A stretch of 64,000 nt of DNA, taken from contig CAWFRA010000027.1 of NCBI GenBank assembly GCA_963818095.1, forward strand, positions 2,142-66,141. Reading direction: 5' to 3'. Shown here in pieces: positions 51,177 through 61,753 of this stretch. This DNA comes from an uncultured delta proteobacterium (lineage in GTDB: Bacteria; Desulfobacterota; Syntrophorhabdia; Syntrophorhabdales; WCHB1-27). Made by a program: the position numbers and the translations under genes. The notes below the pieces were generated by a model. The model was given only the letters and a program-made list of their open reading frames with translations. It was not told the origin of the DNA and searched no databases. The stretch's first letter is position 1. The number at the start of each line of letters is the position of its first letter.

Positions 51177-51623
51177 ATGAAACTGGAAGACTTGAAAGCC
51201 GCCCGAGGGCTCAGAAAAAGGCAGGAAAAGGTATCGGAAGGGGCCCGGATCCGGCCATGGCAGAACGGCGACCATGGGCAACAAGGGCCAGAATGCCCGC
51301 GCCGGCGGCTCGAAAGGAAAGGGGTTCGAGGGCGGGCAGATGCCGCTCACCCGCAGGGTTCCGAAGAGGGGCTTCAAGAACCCGTTCAGAAAAGAGTACG
51401 CCGTCGTGAAAGTGGGCGACCTGGCGGTCTTCAAAGGGACAGGTAAGGTCGGCATCAAGGAGCTTTACTCGAGAGCGGGCTGGTGACAAAGTTAAAGGAC
51501 GGGGTCAAGCTTCTGTCCGACGGCGATATCGATTTCGCCATCAAGATTACGGTCCACAAGGCGTCGAAGAAGGCGATAGAGAAGATACGGGCCCAGGGTG
51601 GCGAGGTGGAGGTGCTCGAATAA
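51177..51623 (+). pseudogene. rplO: 50S ribosomal protein L15, two frame changes as assembled
   Basis: MKLEDLKAA / ..[34 protein letters not shown]...[11 protein letters not shown]... / [15 protein letters not shown].... +1 change ~51198, -1 change ~51478. Confidence 0.9.
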
Positions 51624-52928
51624 TGAGCGGTTTCCAGAACATCGGAAGAATCCCCGAGCTGAAGCGCAGGATCATCATGACCCTGGTGCTGCTTGCCGTT
51701 TACCGGATCGGGGTGCAATTCCGACTCCCGGTATAGACGGCAAGGTGCTGGCGAGCATCTTCGAGAGGGCGAGGGGCACGCTCTTAGGCTTTTTCGACAT
51801 GTTCGCGGGGGGCGGCCTGGAGAGGCTTTCGGTTTTTGCCCTCGGCATCATGCCGTACATCAGCGCATCGATCATACTTGCAGCTCCTGACCGTGGTTGT
51901 GCCCACTCTGAAAAGCTTGTCCAAAGAGGGGAGGCGGGCAGGAGGAAAATAACCCAGTACACCAGGTACGGGACGGTCGTTATAAGCCTCATCCAGGGGT
52001 TCGGCATCGCCGTTGGGCTTGAGCAGATGAGGGGCGCTGGCGGAGAGCTGGTCGTCTATAATGCGGGCTGGGGCTTCAGGCTCATGACCATGATTACCCT
52101 TTGCGCCGGCACGTCCTTCCTGATGTGGCTCGGCGAGCAGATCACGGAGAAAGGTATCGGGAACGGCATCTCCCTCATCATATTCGCCGGCATCGTGGCG
52201 AGGATGCCCAACGCCATGGCGAGCACCGGCAGCCTCGTGAGCACGGGCGAGATGAACTGGTTCGTCGTGATTCTTTTGATAGTCATGATGTTTGTCGTGG
52301 TGGCCTTCATTATTTACATGGAGACATCCCAGAGAAGAATACCGGTCCAGTACGCGAAGCGGGTGGTGGGCAGGAAGATGTACGGGGGCCAGTCGACGCA
52401 TCTGCCCCTGAAGATCAATACGGCAGGCGTCATCCCGCCCATATTCGCGTCTTCCATTATCATGTTCCCGGCGACCATCGCGAATTTCATCCAGCACCCG
52501 TACATGAAGACGTTTGCGGCGCTCCTTACCCCGGGAAGCGTTTGTACGAGGTGCTTTACGTCGGCTTTATCATATTCTTCTGTTTCTTCTATACGGCGAT
52601 CGTCTTCAACCCCGACAACGTCGCCGACAACATGAAGAAATACGGCGGCTATATCCCCGGCATACGCCCCGGCAAGAAGACCTCCGAGTACATCGAGAAG
52701 GTGCTGTCGAGGATTACCTTTACGGGCGCCATCTATATATCGTTCGTTTGCGTGCTGCCGACCATACTGGTCCAGAAGTTCAACGTGCCCTTCTACTTCG
52801 GCGGCACCGCGCTCCTCATCGTGGTGGGCGTCGGGCTCGACACGATCCAGCAGATCGAGTCGCACCTTATCCTGAGGCATTATGACGGTCTGGTGAAGAA
52901 GACGGCGAGGATGAAGGGGAGAAAGTAG
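51623..52928 (+). pseudogene. secY: preprotein translocase subunit SecY, at least four frame changes as assembled
   Basis: MSGFQNIGRIPELKRRIIMTLVLLAVYRIG..., [59 protein letters not shown]. Changes ~51715, ~51878, ~51925 and ~52545 (the last two -1 in G- and T-runs). Confidence 0.93.
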
Positions 52929-52964
52929 CATGGGAGGCAGAATGGCCGGGTACGGGCTTGACGG

Positions 52965-53718
52965 ATGATAATCCTGAAGAGCCGGAAGAGATAGGCAGGA
53001 TACGGACTGCCAGCAGGTACGCTATGGAGGTGCTGCTTGAGCTTGAAAGAATATATGGGGGACGGCGTAAGGACGGCGGACCTGGAAGCGGCTGCGAGGA
53101 GAAGATTCGGAAGATCGGAAACGGATAAAGCCGGCCTTCAAGGGGTACAACGGGTATCCCTTATTGTCTGTGTGTGTCGGTAAACGACGAAGTCGTGCAC
53201 GGCATGCCGTCGGAGAAGCGGGTGCTGAAAGAAGGGGATATAGTCAGCCTCGATTTGGGTGTTATGTACGAAGGTTTTTACGGCGACGTTGCGTTGACGT
53301 ACCCGGTGGGCAAGATATCGGAGACGGCGCAAAGCGCTCTTGACGTAACCGAGGAGTCGCTTTACAAAGGGATTGACCAGGCGTGCGGGGAACAGGCTCC
53401 ACGATATCTCCTATGCTGTCCAGTCGTTCGTGGAGGCGGACGGATTTTCCGTGGTCCGGGAGTTTGTCGGTCACGGCATCGGAAGAAGCCTTCACGAAGA
53501 GCCGCAGGTGCCCAATTTCGGCACAAAGGGCACCGGCGTGCGTTTGAAAGAAGGGCATGGTACTGGCGATAGAGCCCATGATAAACGAGGGCGACAGCGA
53601 CATAATGATAAGGGAGAACGGATGGACTGCGGCAACCAGGGATGGAAGACTTTCGGCCCATTTCGAGCACACTGTTGCGCTTACGGAAAAGGGAGCGGAG
53701 ATACTGAGCGCCCTGTGA
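52965..53718 (+). pseudogene. map: type I methionine aminopeptidase, at least five frame changes as assembled
   Basis: MIILKSPEEIGRIR..., [77 protein letters not shown], scattered over all three frames. Confidence 0.9.
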
Positions 53719-53724
53719 GGGTGT

Positions 53725-53955
53725 ATGCCAAAAGGTGAAGGGATAGAGGTAGAGGGAACGGTCGTAGAGCCGCTGCCCAACGCCATGTTCAGGGTGGAGC
53801 TGCCAAACGGCCATAAGGTGCTCGCCCACGTGTCCGGCAAGATGCGAATGCACTACATAAAGATTTTACCGGGAGACAAGGTGGTGGTGGAGCTTTCGCC
53901 GTACGATCTGACGAGAGGCAGGATCATTTACAGGTCAAGTAGGAGGTTTAGATGA
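53725..53955 (+). CDS. infA: translation initiation factor IF-1
   Basis: [66 protein letters not shown]. The last few codons (SSRRFR) may be a frame artefact. Confidence 0.92.
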   Translation: MPKGEGIEVEGTVVEPLPNAMFRVELPNGHKVLAHVSGKMRMHYIKILPGDKVVVELSPYDLTRGRIIYRSSRRFR

Positions 53956-54065
53956 AGGTAAGACCTTCAGTGCAGAAGAGATGCGAAAAGTGCAAGATAA
54001 TCAAGAGAAAAGGGATAGTCAGGGTGATTTGCGAGAACCCAAAGCATAAACAGAGACAGGGTTAA
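53952..54065 (+). CDS. rpmJ: 50S ribosomal protein L36
   Basis: My own translation: [37 protein letters not shown] (37 aa, below the ORF-track cutoff). Confidence 0.93.
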   Translation: MKVRPSVQKRCEKCKIIKRKGIVRVICENPKHKQRQG

Positions 54066-54074
54066 GGAGGTAGT

Positions 54075-54442
54075 GTGGCGCGAATTGCTGGTGTTGACAT
54101 CCCGAGGGATAAGAGGATAGAGATAGCGCTTACCTATCTATACGGCATAGGCAGGCCTCTCTCGAACCAGATACTTCGCAGGCGGGCATAGATCCGAACA
54201 AGCGGACGAACATGCTCACCGATGAAGAGATAGCCAAGATCAGGGAGATAATCGAGCGGGACCACAAGGTCGAAGGTGATCTCCGCAAAGAAATCAGCAT
54301 CAATATAAAGAGGCTGATGGACATCGGCTGTTACAGGGGCCTGAGGCACAGAAGGGGCTTGCCGGTGCAGGGCCAGAGGACGCGAACGAACTCGAGGACG
54401 AGGAAGGGACCGCGGAAGACATCGATGAAGAGAAAGAAATAA
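54075..54442 (+). pseudogene. rpsM: 30S ribosomal protein S13, one frameshift as assembled
   Basis: GTG start. [33 protein letters not shown] / ..[24 protein letters not shown]...[22 protein letters not shown]. Change ~54180. Confidence 0.92.
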
Positions 54443-54451
54443 GGGGGCGAA

Positions 54452-54841
54452 ATGGCGAAGGTGCGAAAGACCGGCAAGAAAAAAATCAAGAGGAATATTC
54501 CTATAGGGGAAGTTCATATCCAGTCGAGCTTCAACAACACGATCATCACCATCGCGGACCCCCAGGGCAACGTGGTTTCGTGGTCGAGCGGCGGCGTGGC
54601 CGGTTTCAAAGGCTCTCGGAAGAGCACGCCCTTTGCTGCTCAGCTTGCTGCGGAGAACGCTGCAAAAAAGGCGATGGAGCACGGCATGAGGACGGTCGAC
54701 GTCTACATAAAAGGACCGGGAGCAGGCCGGGAGGCGGCCTTGCGGGCGATCCAGAGCGCCGGCCTTAAGATCCACCTGATAAGAGATGTTACGCCGATAC
54801 CCCATAACGGGTGCAGGCCGCCAAAAAGAAGAAGAGTTTAG
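54452..54841 (+). CDS. rpsK: 30S ribosomal protein S11
   Basis: [44 protein letters not shown]...[18 protein letters not shown]. Confidence 0.97.
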   Translation: MAKVRKTGKKKIKRNIPIGEVHIQSSFNNTIITIADPQGNVVSWSSGGVAGFKGSRKSTPFAAQLAAENAAKKAMEHGMRTVDVYIKGPGAGREAALRAIQSAGLKIHLIRDVTPIPHNGCRPPKRRRV

Positions 54842-54850
54842 GAGGAGAAA

Positions 54851-55471
54851 TTGGCGAGATATACGGGACCAGCATGCAAGATGTGCAGAAGAGAGGGCAT
54901 GAAGCTTTCGAAAAAGGGGAGAAATGCTACACGGAGAAGTGCGAGATGGAGAAGAGGAACTATCCGCCCGGCGTGCACGTCGAGACAAGGACGAAGATGA
55001 CGGAGTACGGAGTCCGGCTCCGGGAGAAGCAGAGGGTGAAGAAGGATGTATGGCCTTACGGAGAACCAGTTCAAGAGGTTCTTCGTCATGGCGGAGAAGA
55101 CGAAGGGCATAACCGGCACGAACCTCCTTGTGTTTCTCGAAAGACGGCTTGACAACATGGTGTATCGCCTGGGCTTCGCCGGTTCGAGGAAGGAAGCCCG
55201 TCAGCTCGTTTCCCACTCCCACGTCTCGGTGAACGGAAAGAAGGGTGAATGTTCCGTCGTTTCTCGTGAAAGAGGGAGACGAAATCGCGGTCAGGCACAA
55301 AGAGCTGCCTTCGGTAAGAATGCCCTCGAGTCGGTCGTGCGAAGGGGCCTTCCCTCGTGGATAGAGCTGGACAAGGAGGCGATGAAGGGCAAGATGAGGC
55401 TTTTGCCGACCAGGGAAGATATCACTGTGCCCATAAAAGAGCAGCTCATAGTCGAGTATTATTCCCGATAG
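54851..55471 (+). pseudogene. rpsD: 30S ribosomal protein S4, about four frame changes as assembled
   Basis: TTG start. ARYTGPACKMCRREGMKL / FEKGEKCYTEKC...TEYGVRLREKQRVK / MYGLTENQFKRFF...LERRLDNMVYRLGFA.SRKEARQLVSH.... Compensating pair ~55243/~55310 around VNVPSFLVKEGDEIAV. Confidence 0.9.
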
Positions 55472-55496
55472 TTTCTTTCCCCCTCAAGGAGGAGCC

Positions 55497-56496
55497 ATGT
55501 ATATGTTTGAAAAGAATTGGCAGGAGCTGATCAAGCCAACGAAAATCGATATAGAGAGGGAGACGTGCTCCGTATATCACGTGCGGTTTTCTGCGGAGCC
55601 TTTCGAGCGGGGATATGGGATCACGATCGGCAATTCGCTGCGAAGGGTGCTCCTTTCCTCCATCATGGGCGCGGCCATCACGTCCGTCAAGATCGACGGC
55701 GTAGATCATGAGTTCTCAACGGTCAGGGGCGTGAAGGAAGACGTGACAGAGATCATTCTCAACCTGAAAAAGGTCGTCCTCCGCATGGATGACGACCGGC
55801 CCAAGATGCTGAAGATCGAGCAAGGGCGAGGGCGTGGTCAAGGCGGGAGACATCATCCATGAAGGTGGCGTGGAGGTCATAAACCCGGAGCATCACATCG
55901 CGACGTTGAGCGAAGAGGCGAAGCTTTATATGGAGATGAAGGCGAAGGTCGGCAGAGGGTACGTGCCCGCCGAGAGGAACCGCGACGAGGAAGAGCCCAT
56001 CGGGACGACGCCCATCGACGCGATATTTTCCCCGGTCAAGAGGGTGAGCTACAACGTAACCCCGGCGCGCGTCGGCTTCAGGACGGATTATGACAAGCTG
56101 ACTATGGAGATAGTGACGGACGGCAGCATCAGCGCGCTGGATGCCCTCTCTTTTGCGGCGAAGATCATCAGGGAGCAGATGCGCATTTTCATAAATTTCG
56201 AGGAGCCGCTCGACCTGGAAGGCGGCGAGCTGAAGGAAGGGGAGAGGCAGGAATTCAACGACAACCTTTACAGGAACGTCGACGAGCTGGAGCTGTCGGT
56301 CAGGAGCGCCAACTGTCTGAAGAACGCCGACATAAAGTACATCGGCGAGCTCGTGCAGAAGAGCGAGCAGGAAATCCTGATGACGAAGAATTTCGGGCGG
56401 AAATCGCTTAACGAGATAAAAGAGATACTCGCGTGCATGGGGCTGAAGCTCGGCATAAGGCTGGATAACTTCCCGCCGCAGGGAAGACCTCGATAG
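55497..56496 (+). pseudogene. rpoA: DNA-directed RNA polymerase subunit alpha, one frameshift as assembled
   Basis: [43 protein letters not shown].... +1 change ~55820 into ..[10 protein letters not shown]...[24 protein letters not shown]. Confidence 0.93.
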
Positions 56497-56541
56497 GATG
56501 GCGCAGAGAAGGAAAGACCAGGTATAGAGGGTGGGTGTACC

Positions 56542-57153
56542 ATGAGGCATTTGAAAGCAGGCAGGAAACTGAATAGGACTTCGAGCCACAGGAAGGCGCT
56601 TTTTCGTAATCTGGCCGCCGCCCTCTTCTACCACGAGAGCATCAAGACGACGAATCCGAAGGCGCTGGAACTCCGGCGCGTGGCCGAAAGGCTCATTACC
56701 CTGGCAAAAAGCGGCGGCACCCACGCGATGCGCCACGCCTTCGCCATCCTGCGCGACAAAGGAGTGGTAAAGAAGCTCTTTTCGGACATCGGGGCGAGAT
56801 ATACGGGCGTCAACGGGGGCTACACACGGGTCCTCAAGCTGGGCCGGAGAAAGGGCGACGCGGCGCCCATGGCGATGATCGAGCTGACCAGAAGAAGGAA
56901 GAGAAGGAGCAGAAGAAAGAGGCGAAGAAGGCCTCCAAGAAGGCTGCGCAGAAGAAAGAAACGGAGAAGCAGGAGAAGGCGAAGCCTGCTGGTGCGCCGA
57001 AGAAAGAGAAGACCGAGGCCGAGAAGGGCAAGAAAGAAGAAGAAGACCAAGAAAGAGAAGAAAGTAAAAGAAGAGAAAGCGGAAAAGGCTGAAACGAAGA
57101 AGCCTGCGCGAGCCGCCGCCAAAAAGCAGGTGAAGCAGGAGAAGGCCGATTAG
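56542..57153 (+). CDS. rplQ: 50S ribosomal protein L17 with a long basic low-complexity C-terminal extension
   Basis: [37 protein letters not shown]...[24 protein letters not shown], then ~90 aa of R/K/E-rich tail. The R-rich middle of the tail may be a compensated double frameshift. Confidence 0.9.
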   Translation: MRHLKAGRKLNRTSSHRKALFRNLAAALFYHESIKTTNPKALELRRVAERLITLAKSGGTHAMRHAFAILRDKGVVKKLFSDIGARYTGVNGGYTRVLKLGRRKGDAAPMAMIELTRRRKRRSRRKRRRRPPRRLRRRKKRRSRRRRSLLVRRRKRRPRPRRARKKKKTKKEKKVKEEKAEKAETKKPARAAAKKQVKQEKAD

Positions 57154-57174
57154 CGAATATCTGACCATTACAGG

Positions 57175-57244
57175 TGGGGGATCGTCTAACGGCAGGACTC
57201 AAGACTCTGGATCTTGCTATCTAGGTTCGAATCCTAGTCCCCAG
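57175..57244 (+). tRNA. tRNA-Gln (anticodon CTG) with one base apparently missing from the 3' acceptor strand
   Basis: Manual fold: acceptor TGGGGGA, D-arm GTCT/GGAC, anticodon stem CAAGA/TCTTG with loop CTCTGGA, T-arm CTAGG-TTCGAAT-CCTAG, 3' strand TCCCCA (6 nt where 7 are needed), discriminator G. U1:A72 is as in bacterial tRNA-Gln. Confidence 0.85.
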
Positions 57245-57525
57245 CATTGCGCAATATATCGACCCATCGCCGTGATCGCACGGGCCTGCCGGAAGGCACA
57301 ACCGGAAACGTCCAATGGATGCCCGCGGCGCCTCAATTATAGCCACTTGGTCTTGTTATAGCGAGCAATCAAAGCGCATCTCGTTATTGATCGCCCGGCG
57401 CTGCATGCGCATCGGGTTTAGCTGCCGCGCCAGGTGCGTGCGCCCCTGTAGAGGCGGCAGCCGCCAGGGAGGGTCGAGGGGTCTTTGCTGATCCGCAAGG
57501 CGGCAAAGGCGGCCCCGGTAACTGC

Positions 57526-58224
57526 ATGGAAAAACGGATCGCCGTGATCATGCCGGCTTACAACGAGGAAGAGACGATCCAGGGCGTCATCTGGGGCATA
57601 AAGGACTTCGGCAGCGCTTACGAGCCGGTTGTAGTCAACGATTGCTCGATCGACGATACGACGGGCAACGCGGAGCAGGAAGGGCGCTACCGTCATCGAC
57701 CTGCCTGTCAAACCTGGGCATAGGCGGCGCTGTGCAGACGGGCATAAAATACGCGCTCGCGGCTGGGTTCGATGCCTGCGTCCAGGTCGATGGGGACGGG
57801 CAGCACCCGCCGTCCGAGATACCGAAGCTGGTCGGGCCGCTCTTTCGAAGACGGGGTCGATATAGTGGTCGGCTCGCGCTTTCTGGGCGGCGCCTACAAG
57901 GTCCCTTTCATGAGGTCCTTCGGCATCACGGTCATATCGCTTTTTTTGCGGGTGAGCTCGGGCTTAAGGTGCAGGGACGCGACGAGCGGCTTCAGGGCGA
58001 TGAACAGGCCCGTGATGGAATTCTTCGCCCGGGAGTATCCCCAGGATTACCCCGAGCCGGAATCGCTGCTTCTGGCGCACCTCAAGGGTTTCAGGGTGGC
58101 GGAGGTCGCGGTGGAAATGAATTACAGGGAGCACGGGATATCGTCGATCACGCCTTTCCGCTCCGTTTATTACATGACAAAGGTGCTCCTTGCGATGCTG
58201 ATCGATCTTTTCAAGCAGATCTGA
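57526..58224 (+). pseudogene. glycosyltransferase family 2 (GtrB / polyprenol-phosphate glycosyltransferase-like), frameshifted as assembled
   Basis: IAVIMPAYNEEETI..VVVNDCSIDDT / VNLGIGGAVQTGIKYA...VQVDGDGQHPP / DIVVGSRF.... Frame changes ~57690 and ~57850. Confidence 0.8.
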
Positions 58225-58237
58225 GGAGACTGAGAAG

Positions 58238-58574
58238 ATGCTCCATATCCGCCTTTTTATCGGTATAATCAGCATTGTTTCTTTTGCGCTCACTTTCGAG
58301 TTCATAAGGAAGAGGCACCTGAGGGAGGAATACGCGATCCTCTGGCTGTTCACGTCCTCGATAATCGCGGTCTTGAGCCTCTGGCCCGGCCTGGTCAACA
58401 TACTGAGCCGGATAACGGGGCTATATTACATCACAGCGGTGCTCGGCGATCGTCTTTGCCTTTATAATAGCCGTGCTCATGCATTATTCGATAGCCATAT
58501 CCAAGATGAAAGAGATGAACAAGGAGCTTACGCAGAGGTGCGCGCTTCTGGAGCTAGAGGGTGAAGGAGCTTGA
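58238..58574 (+). pseudogene. DUF2304-like small membrane protein (usual GT2 partner), frameshifted as assembled
   Basis: MLHIRLFIGIISIVSFALTFEFIRKRHLREEYAILWLFTSSIIAVLSLWPGLV.... +1 change ~58445 restores ..AIVFAFIIAVLMHYSIAISKMKEMNKELTQRCALLELE. Confidence 0.7.
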
Positions 58575-58600
58575 AAAGGCGGGACGGGATTGAGGGAAAA

Positions 58601-58676
58601 TGGAGCGGGCAACGGGGCTCGAACCCGCGACATCAAGCTTGGGAAGCTTGCACTCTACCAACTGAGTTATGCCCGC
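58601..58676 (-). tRNA. tRNA-Gly (anticodon CCC), CCA encoded
   Basis: The reverse complement folds as GCGGGCA-TA-ACTC-AGTTGGTA-GAGT-G-CAAGC-TTCCCAA-GCTTG-ATGTC-GCGGG-TTCGAGC-CCCGT-TGCCCGC-T-CCA (76 nt). Confidence 0.93.
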
Positions 58677-58686
58677 TGATAAGAAC

Positions 58687-58715
58687 ATAATAGAGGAATC
58701 GACAGGTCAAGTCAA
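58687..58715 (-). promoter_or_regulatory. near-consensus sigma70 promoter for tRNA-Gly
   Basis: On the minus strand: TTGACT (58715-58710), 17-nt spacer, TATTAT (58692-58687). The -10 ends 10 nt before the mature tRNA 5' end. Confidence 0.55.
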
Positions 58716-58954
58716 TAGTCCGAAACCGTCGGATAGGGTCCGGCCGGGTATAGGCGCAGGCGGCGCCCTTTTCAACAGGCCGCCGAAATTGCTTATGGGT
58801 ACGCGATCTGTTATAAGATTAGCTTATCTTCCGGGTGACCGCTTCCGGGTCTCGAGTTTTAATGCCTCTTCCTTTTTTGGAGGCCGGGGCAACTCGCGTA
58901 TGGAGGGTCGCGGCTTTGCCGCTGGAGGGGGTGACGCGTCCCAATTATTGCAAT

Positions 58955-59976
58955 ATGAGGACCGAAGAGTTCGATTATTCATTGCCGGCGGAGTTGATCG
59001 CCCAGCACCCGGCGGGAGAGCGCACCGCGTCCCGTCTCCTCGTCCTCGACAGGCGAAGCGGGACGGTCGGGCACCGCCGTTTTCGGGATCACGGACTACC
59101 TCAGGGCAGGAGACCTCATCGTGCTGAACGAGACGAAGGTCATGCCTGCGCGGCTTACGGGGATCAAGGAGACGGGAGGGGCGGTCGATATACTCCTTAC
59201 CGGGAAGGTCGACGCGAAAAGATGGTCCTGCCTCGTCTCCGGCCTGAAGCGCGCTGCCCGGAAAGTGCGGGTGCGCGTGGGCGAGACGCCCGCTCGACCT
59301 CGAGCCGGCGGCAGACGGGTGGACGGCCGAGTTCCCGGACGGCGCCTGCGCCGCAGACATTATGGCGGCGTTCGGCCGCATGCCCCTTCCCCACTATATC
59401 AAGCGGGCGAAGGACGCAGGCAGGAACGGGGATGAGGAGCGGTACCAGACGGTCTACGCGCGAAAAGAAGGCTCTATCGCCGCACCGACCGCCGGGCTCC
59501 ATTTCGATGAGGCCCTGCTCGGGCGGATCGAAGCCATGGGCGTGAGGCATCGCCAGGATCACGCTCCACATCGGCATGGGCACTTTTTTCCTCATAAAGA
59601 GCGCGCGACGTCGAGGATCACGCGATGCACAGCGAGCACTACTGCCTTTCACCGGACGTCCTTGAGGCGGTCGGGAGGACGAAAGAGGCGGGCGGCAGGG
59701 TTATAGCGGTCGGGACGAGCGCGGTCAGGACCCTGGAGACTGTCTGCGGGACGGGGAAAGGCGCGACGCAAGGGGCGCACGGACCTTTTCATCTATCCGG
59801 GCTACCGGTTCCGCGCAGTCGATGCCCTGATAACCAATTTTCACCTCCCCCGCTCGACGCCGCTTATGCTCGTCTGTGCATTTGCGGGTAAGGAGGCGAT
59901 AGAAGGGGCATACAGGGAGGCCATCGAGCGCGGCTACCGGTTTTACAGCTACGGTGACGCGATGTTTATTTCATGA
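58955..59976 (+). pseudogene. queA: S-adenosylmethionine:tRNA ribosyltransferase-isomerase, about five +1 frame changes as assembled
   Basis: MRTEEFDYSLPAELIAQHPAGERTASRLLVLDR.., [92 protein letters not shown]. Changes ~59085, 59290, 59555, 59600 and 59775. Confidence 0.9.
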
Positions 59977-61078
59977 GCGCGCTCACCATTCTGAAAACTG
60001 ACGGGCAGGCACGGCTGGCCGTCCTTCATACGGGACACGGCCCGGTAGAGACGCCGGTCTTCATGCCGGTGGGGACGCAGGGGGCCGTAAAGGCGGTACT
60101 CCAGCGGGACCTGGCCGAGATGGGCAGCAGGATGGTACTGGCGAACGCGTACCATCTCTACCTGAGGCCGGGGGACGTGCTTATAAAAGAGATGGGCGGC
60201 ATCCAGAAGTTCGCGGGCTGGGACGGGGCCGTCCTGACGGACAGCGGGGGATACCAGGTATTCAGCCTGGGCGTCCTGCGCAAGATAGAGGAGGAGGGGG
60301 TGACCTTCCAGTCGCACATCGACGGCTCGAAGCACTTCCTCAGCCCGGAGAGGATCGTGGAGGTGCAGGAGAACATCGGGGCGGACGTCTGCATGTGCCT
60401 CGACGAATGCGTCGCCTACCCGTCCACCCATGCCTATACGAGCGCCTCCGTCGACCGCACGACGAGGTGGGCGCAGAGGTGCAGGGCCGCAAAGAGCACG
60501 CCGTCTCCTGCTTTTCGGCATCATCCAGGGCGGGATGTATGCCGATTTGAGGCGGACGTCTGCGGCCGACCTTCGTGGAGATCGGCTTCGACGGGTACGC
60601 CCTCGGGGGTTTTAGCGTGGGCGAGCCGAAGGGCGTCATGTGGGAGATGGTAGACGGGGTCATCGGCCTGATGCCGCCTGGGAAAAGCCGCGCTACCTCA
60701 TGGGTGTGGGCTTCCCGGAGGACATCGTGGAAGGGGTCAAAAAAGGCGTCGATATGTTCGACTGCGTCATCCCCACGCGCCACGCGAGGAACGGGAGCCT
60801 TTTCACGCAGAACGGGGAGGATCAACATAAAGCACGCAAAATACGCGGCCGACCCGGGCCCCATCGACGATGCCTGCGGATGTTACACGTGCTCCCATTT
60901 TTCGAGGTCCTATCTGCGGCACCTTTTTATGGCGCGGGAGCTTACGAGCTATTACCTGAACACGGTCCACAACCTGTTTTTCTACGCGGGGCTGCTGAGA
61001 CGCATAAGGGCGGCGATAAGCGAAGGAAGGTTCGAGGAGTTCTATAACGGAGTTCATGTCCGAATGGAAAGGAGGTGA
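59973..61078 (+). pseudogene. tgt: queuine tRNA-ribosyltransferase, about four frame changes as assembled
   Basis: [99 protein letters not shown]. Changes ~60500, 60570, 60690 and 60820. Confidence 0.92.
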
Positions 61079-61086
61079 GATATACG

Positions 61087-61406
61087 ATGGATCTAGCATA
61101 TGCGATGGGTAGTCAGGCGGGCGGCGGCGGCGGCCGGCGGCGGAATGCTTACATTTCTCCCGCTTATCCTCCTGTTCGCGGTCTTCTATTTTCTCCTTAT
61201 AAGGCCGCAGCAGAAAAGGGCGAAGCAGCACAAGACCGTTCATGGAGAACCTGAAGAAGGGAGATACGGTTATCACTTCGGGCGGTTTGTATGGTAAAAT
61301 AACAGGTATCACCGACGAGGCAATTACCATGGAAATAGCCGAAAAGGTCAGGGTAAAGGTCTCCAAGAGCGCGGTAGTAGATTACGTGAAAGGAGAACAG
61401 GCGTGA
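61087..61406 (+). pseudogene. yajC: preprotein translocase subunit YajC, two +1 frame changes as assembled
   Basis: MDLAYAMGSQAGGGG / MLTFLPLILLFAVFYFLLIRPQQKRAKQHK / ENLKKGDTVITSGGLYGKITGITDEAITMEIAEKV. Changes ~61130 and ~61240. Confidence 0.85.
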
Positions 61407-61753
61407 GAAGGTACGAGAATATTTTGATAGTGGCGCCCGACTGTACCAAGGAGGACGAGGAAGACTTGCTCCGAAGGGTGCAGGCAAACATCGAGAAGCT
61501 GGGCGCGGAGACGATCAAGGTCGATGACTGGGGCGTGCGGAAGCTCGCCTATCCGATCAAGAAGAAGGACAGGGGGCACTATTTCTTCCTGCTCCTTAAC
61601 ATGGATGAATCGACCGTGGTGGTACTGGACAAGTTTTACCGGACGATGGACCTTATTCTCAGGCACCTTTTCGTCGTCGTCGACGAGAAGGATAAGGGCC
61701 TGGAAAAGCCGCCGGACCCGGTCGTCTTCGATGAGCTGGAGGGCGAGGCATAG
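61403..61753 (+). CDS. rpsF: 30S ribosomal protein S6
   Basis: GTG start. RRYENILIVAPDCTKEDEEDLLRRVQANIEKLGAETIKVDDWGVRKLAYPIKKKDRGHYFFL. Confidence 0.95.
   Translation: MRRYENILIVAPDCTKEDEEDLLRRVQANIEKLGAETIKVDDWGVRKLAYPIKKKDRGHYFFLLLNMDESTVVVLDKFYRTMDLILRHLFVVVDEKDKGLEKPPDPVVFDELEGEA

Noticed and set aside
56880-57130. AAG/AGA-rich repetitive DNA that might look like a tandem repeat or array
   Set aside because: It is the low-complexity coding tail of rplQ (Lys/Glu/Arg codons). There is no unit-spacer periodicity, and no CRISPR-like repeats anywhere in the window.
43682-57153. Possibility that the frame changes in ribosomal protein genes are programmed ribosomal frameshifts or genuine pseudogenes
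   Set aside because: There are too many, in too many essential single-copy genes, with no shared slippery motif. The -1 events sit in homopolymers, compensating pairs occur, and a tRNA shows the same defect. Sequencing or assembly error is far more parsimonious.
58669-59127. 152-aa plus-strand ORF
   Set aside because: It starts inside tRNA-Gly (opposite strand), crosses its promoter region and runs into the queA N-terminus in the wrong frame. It has no SD and a low-complexity translation.
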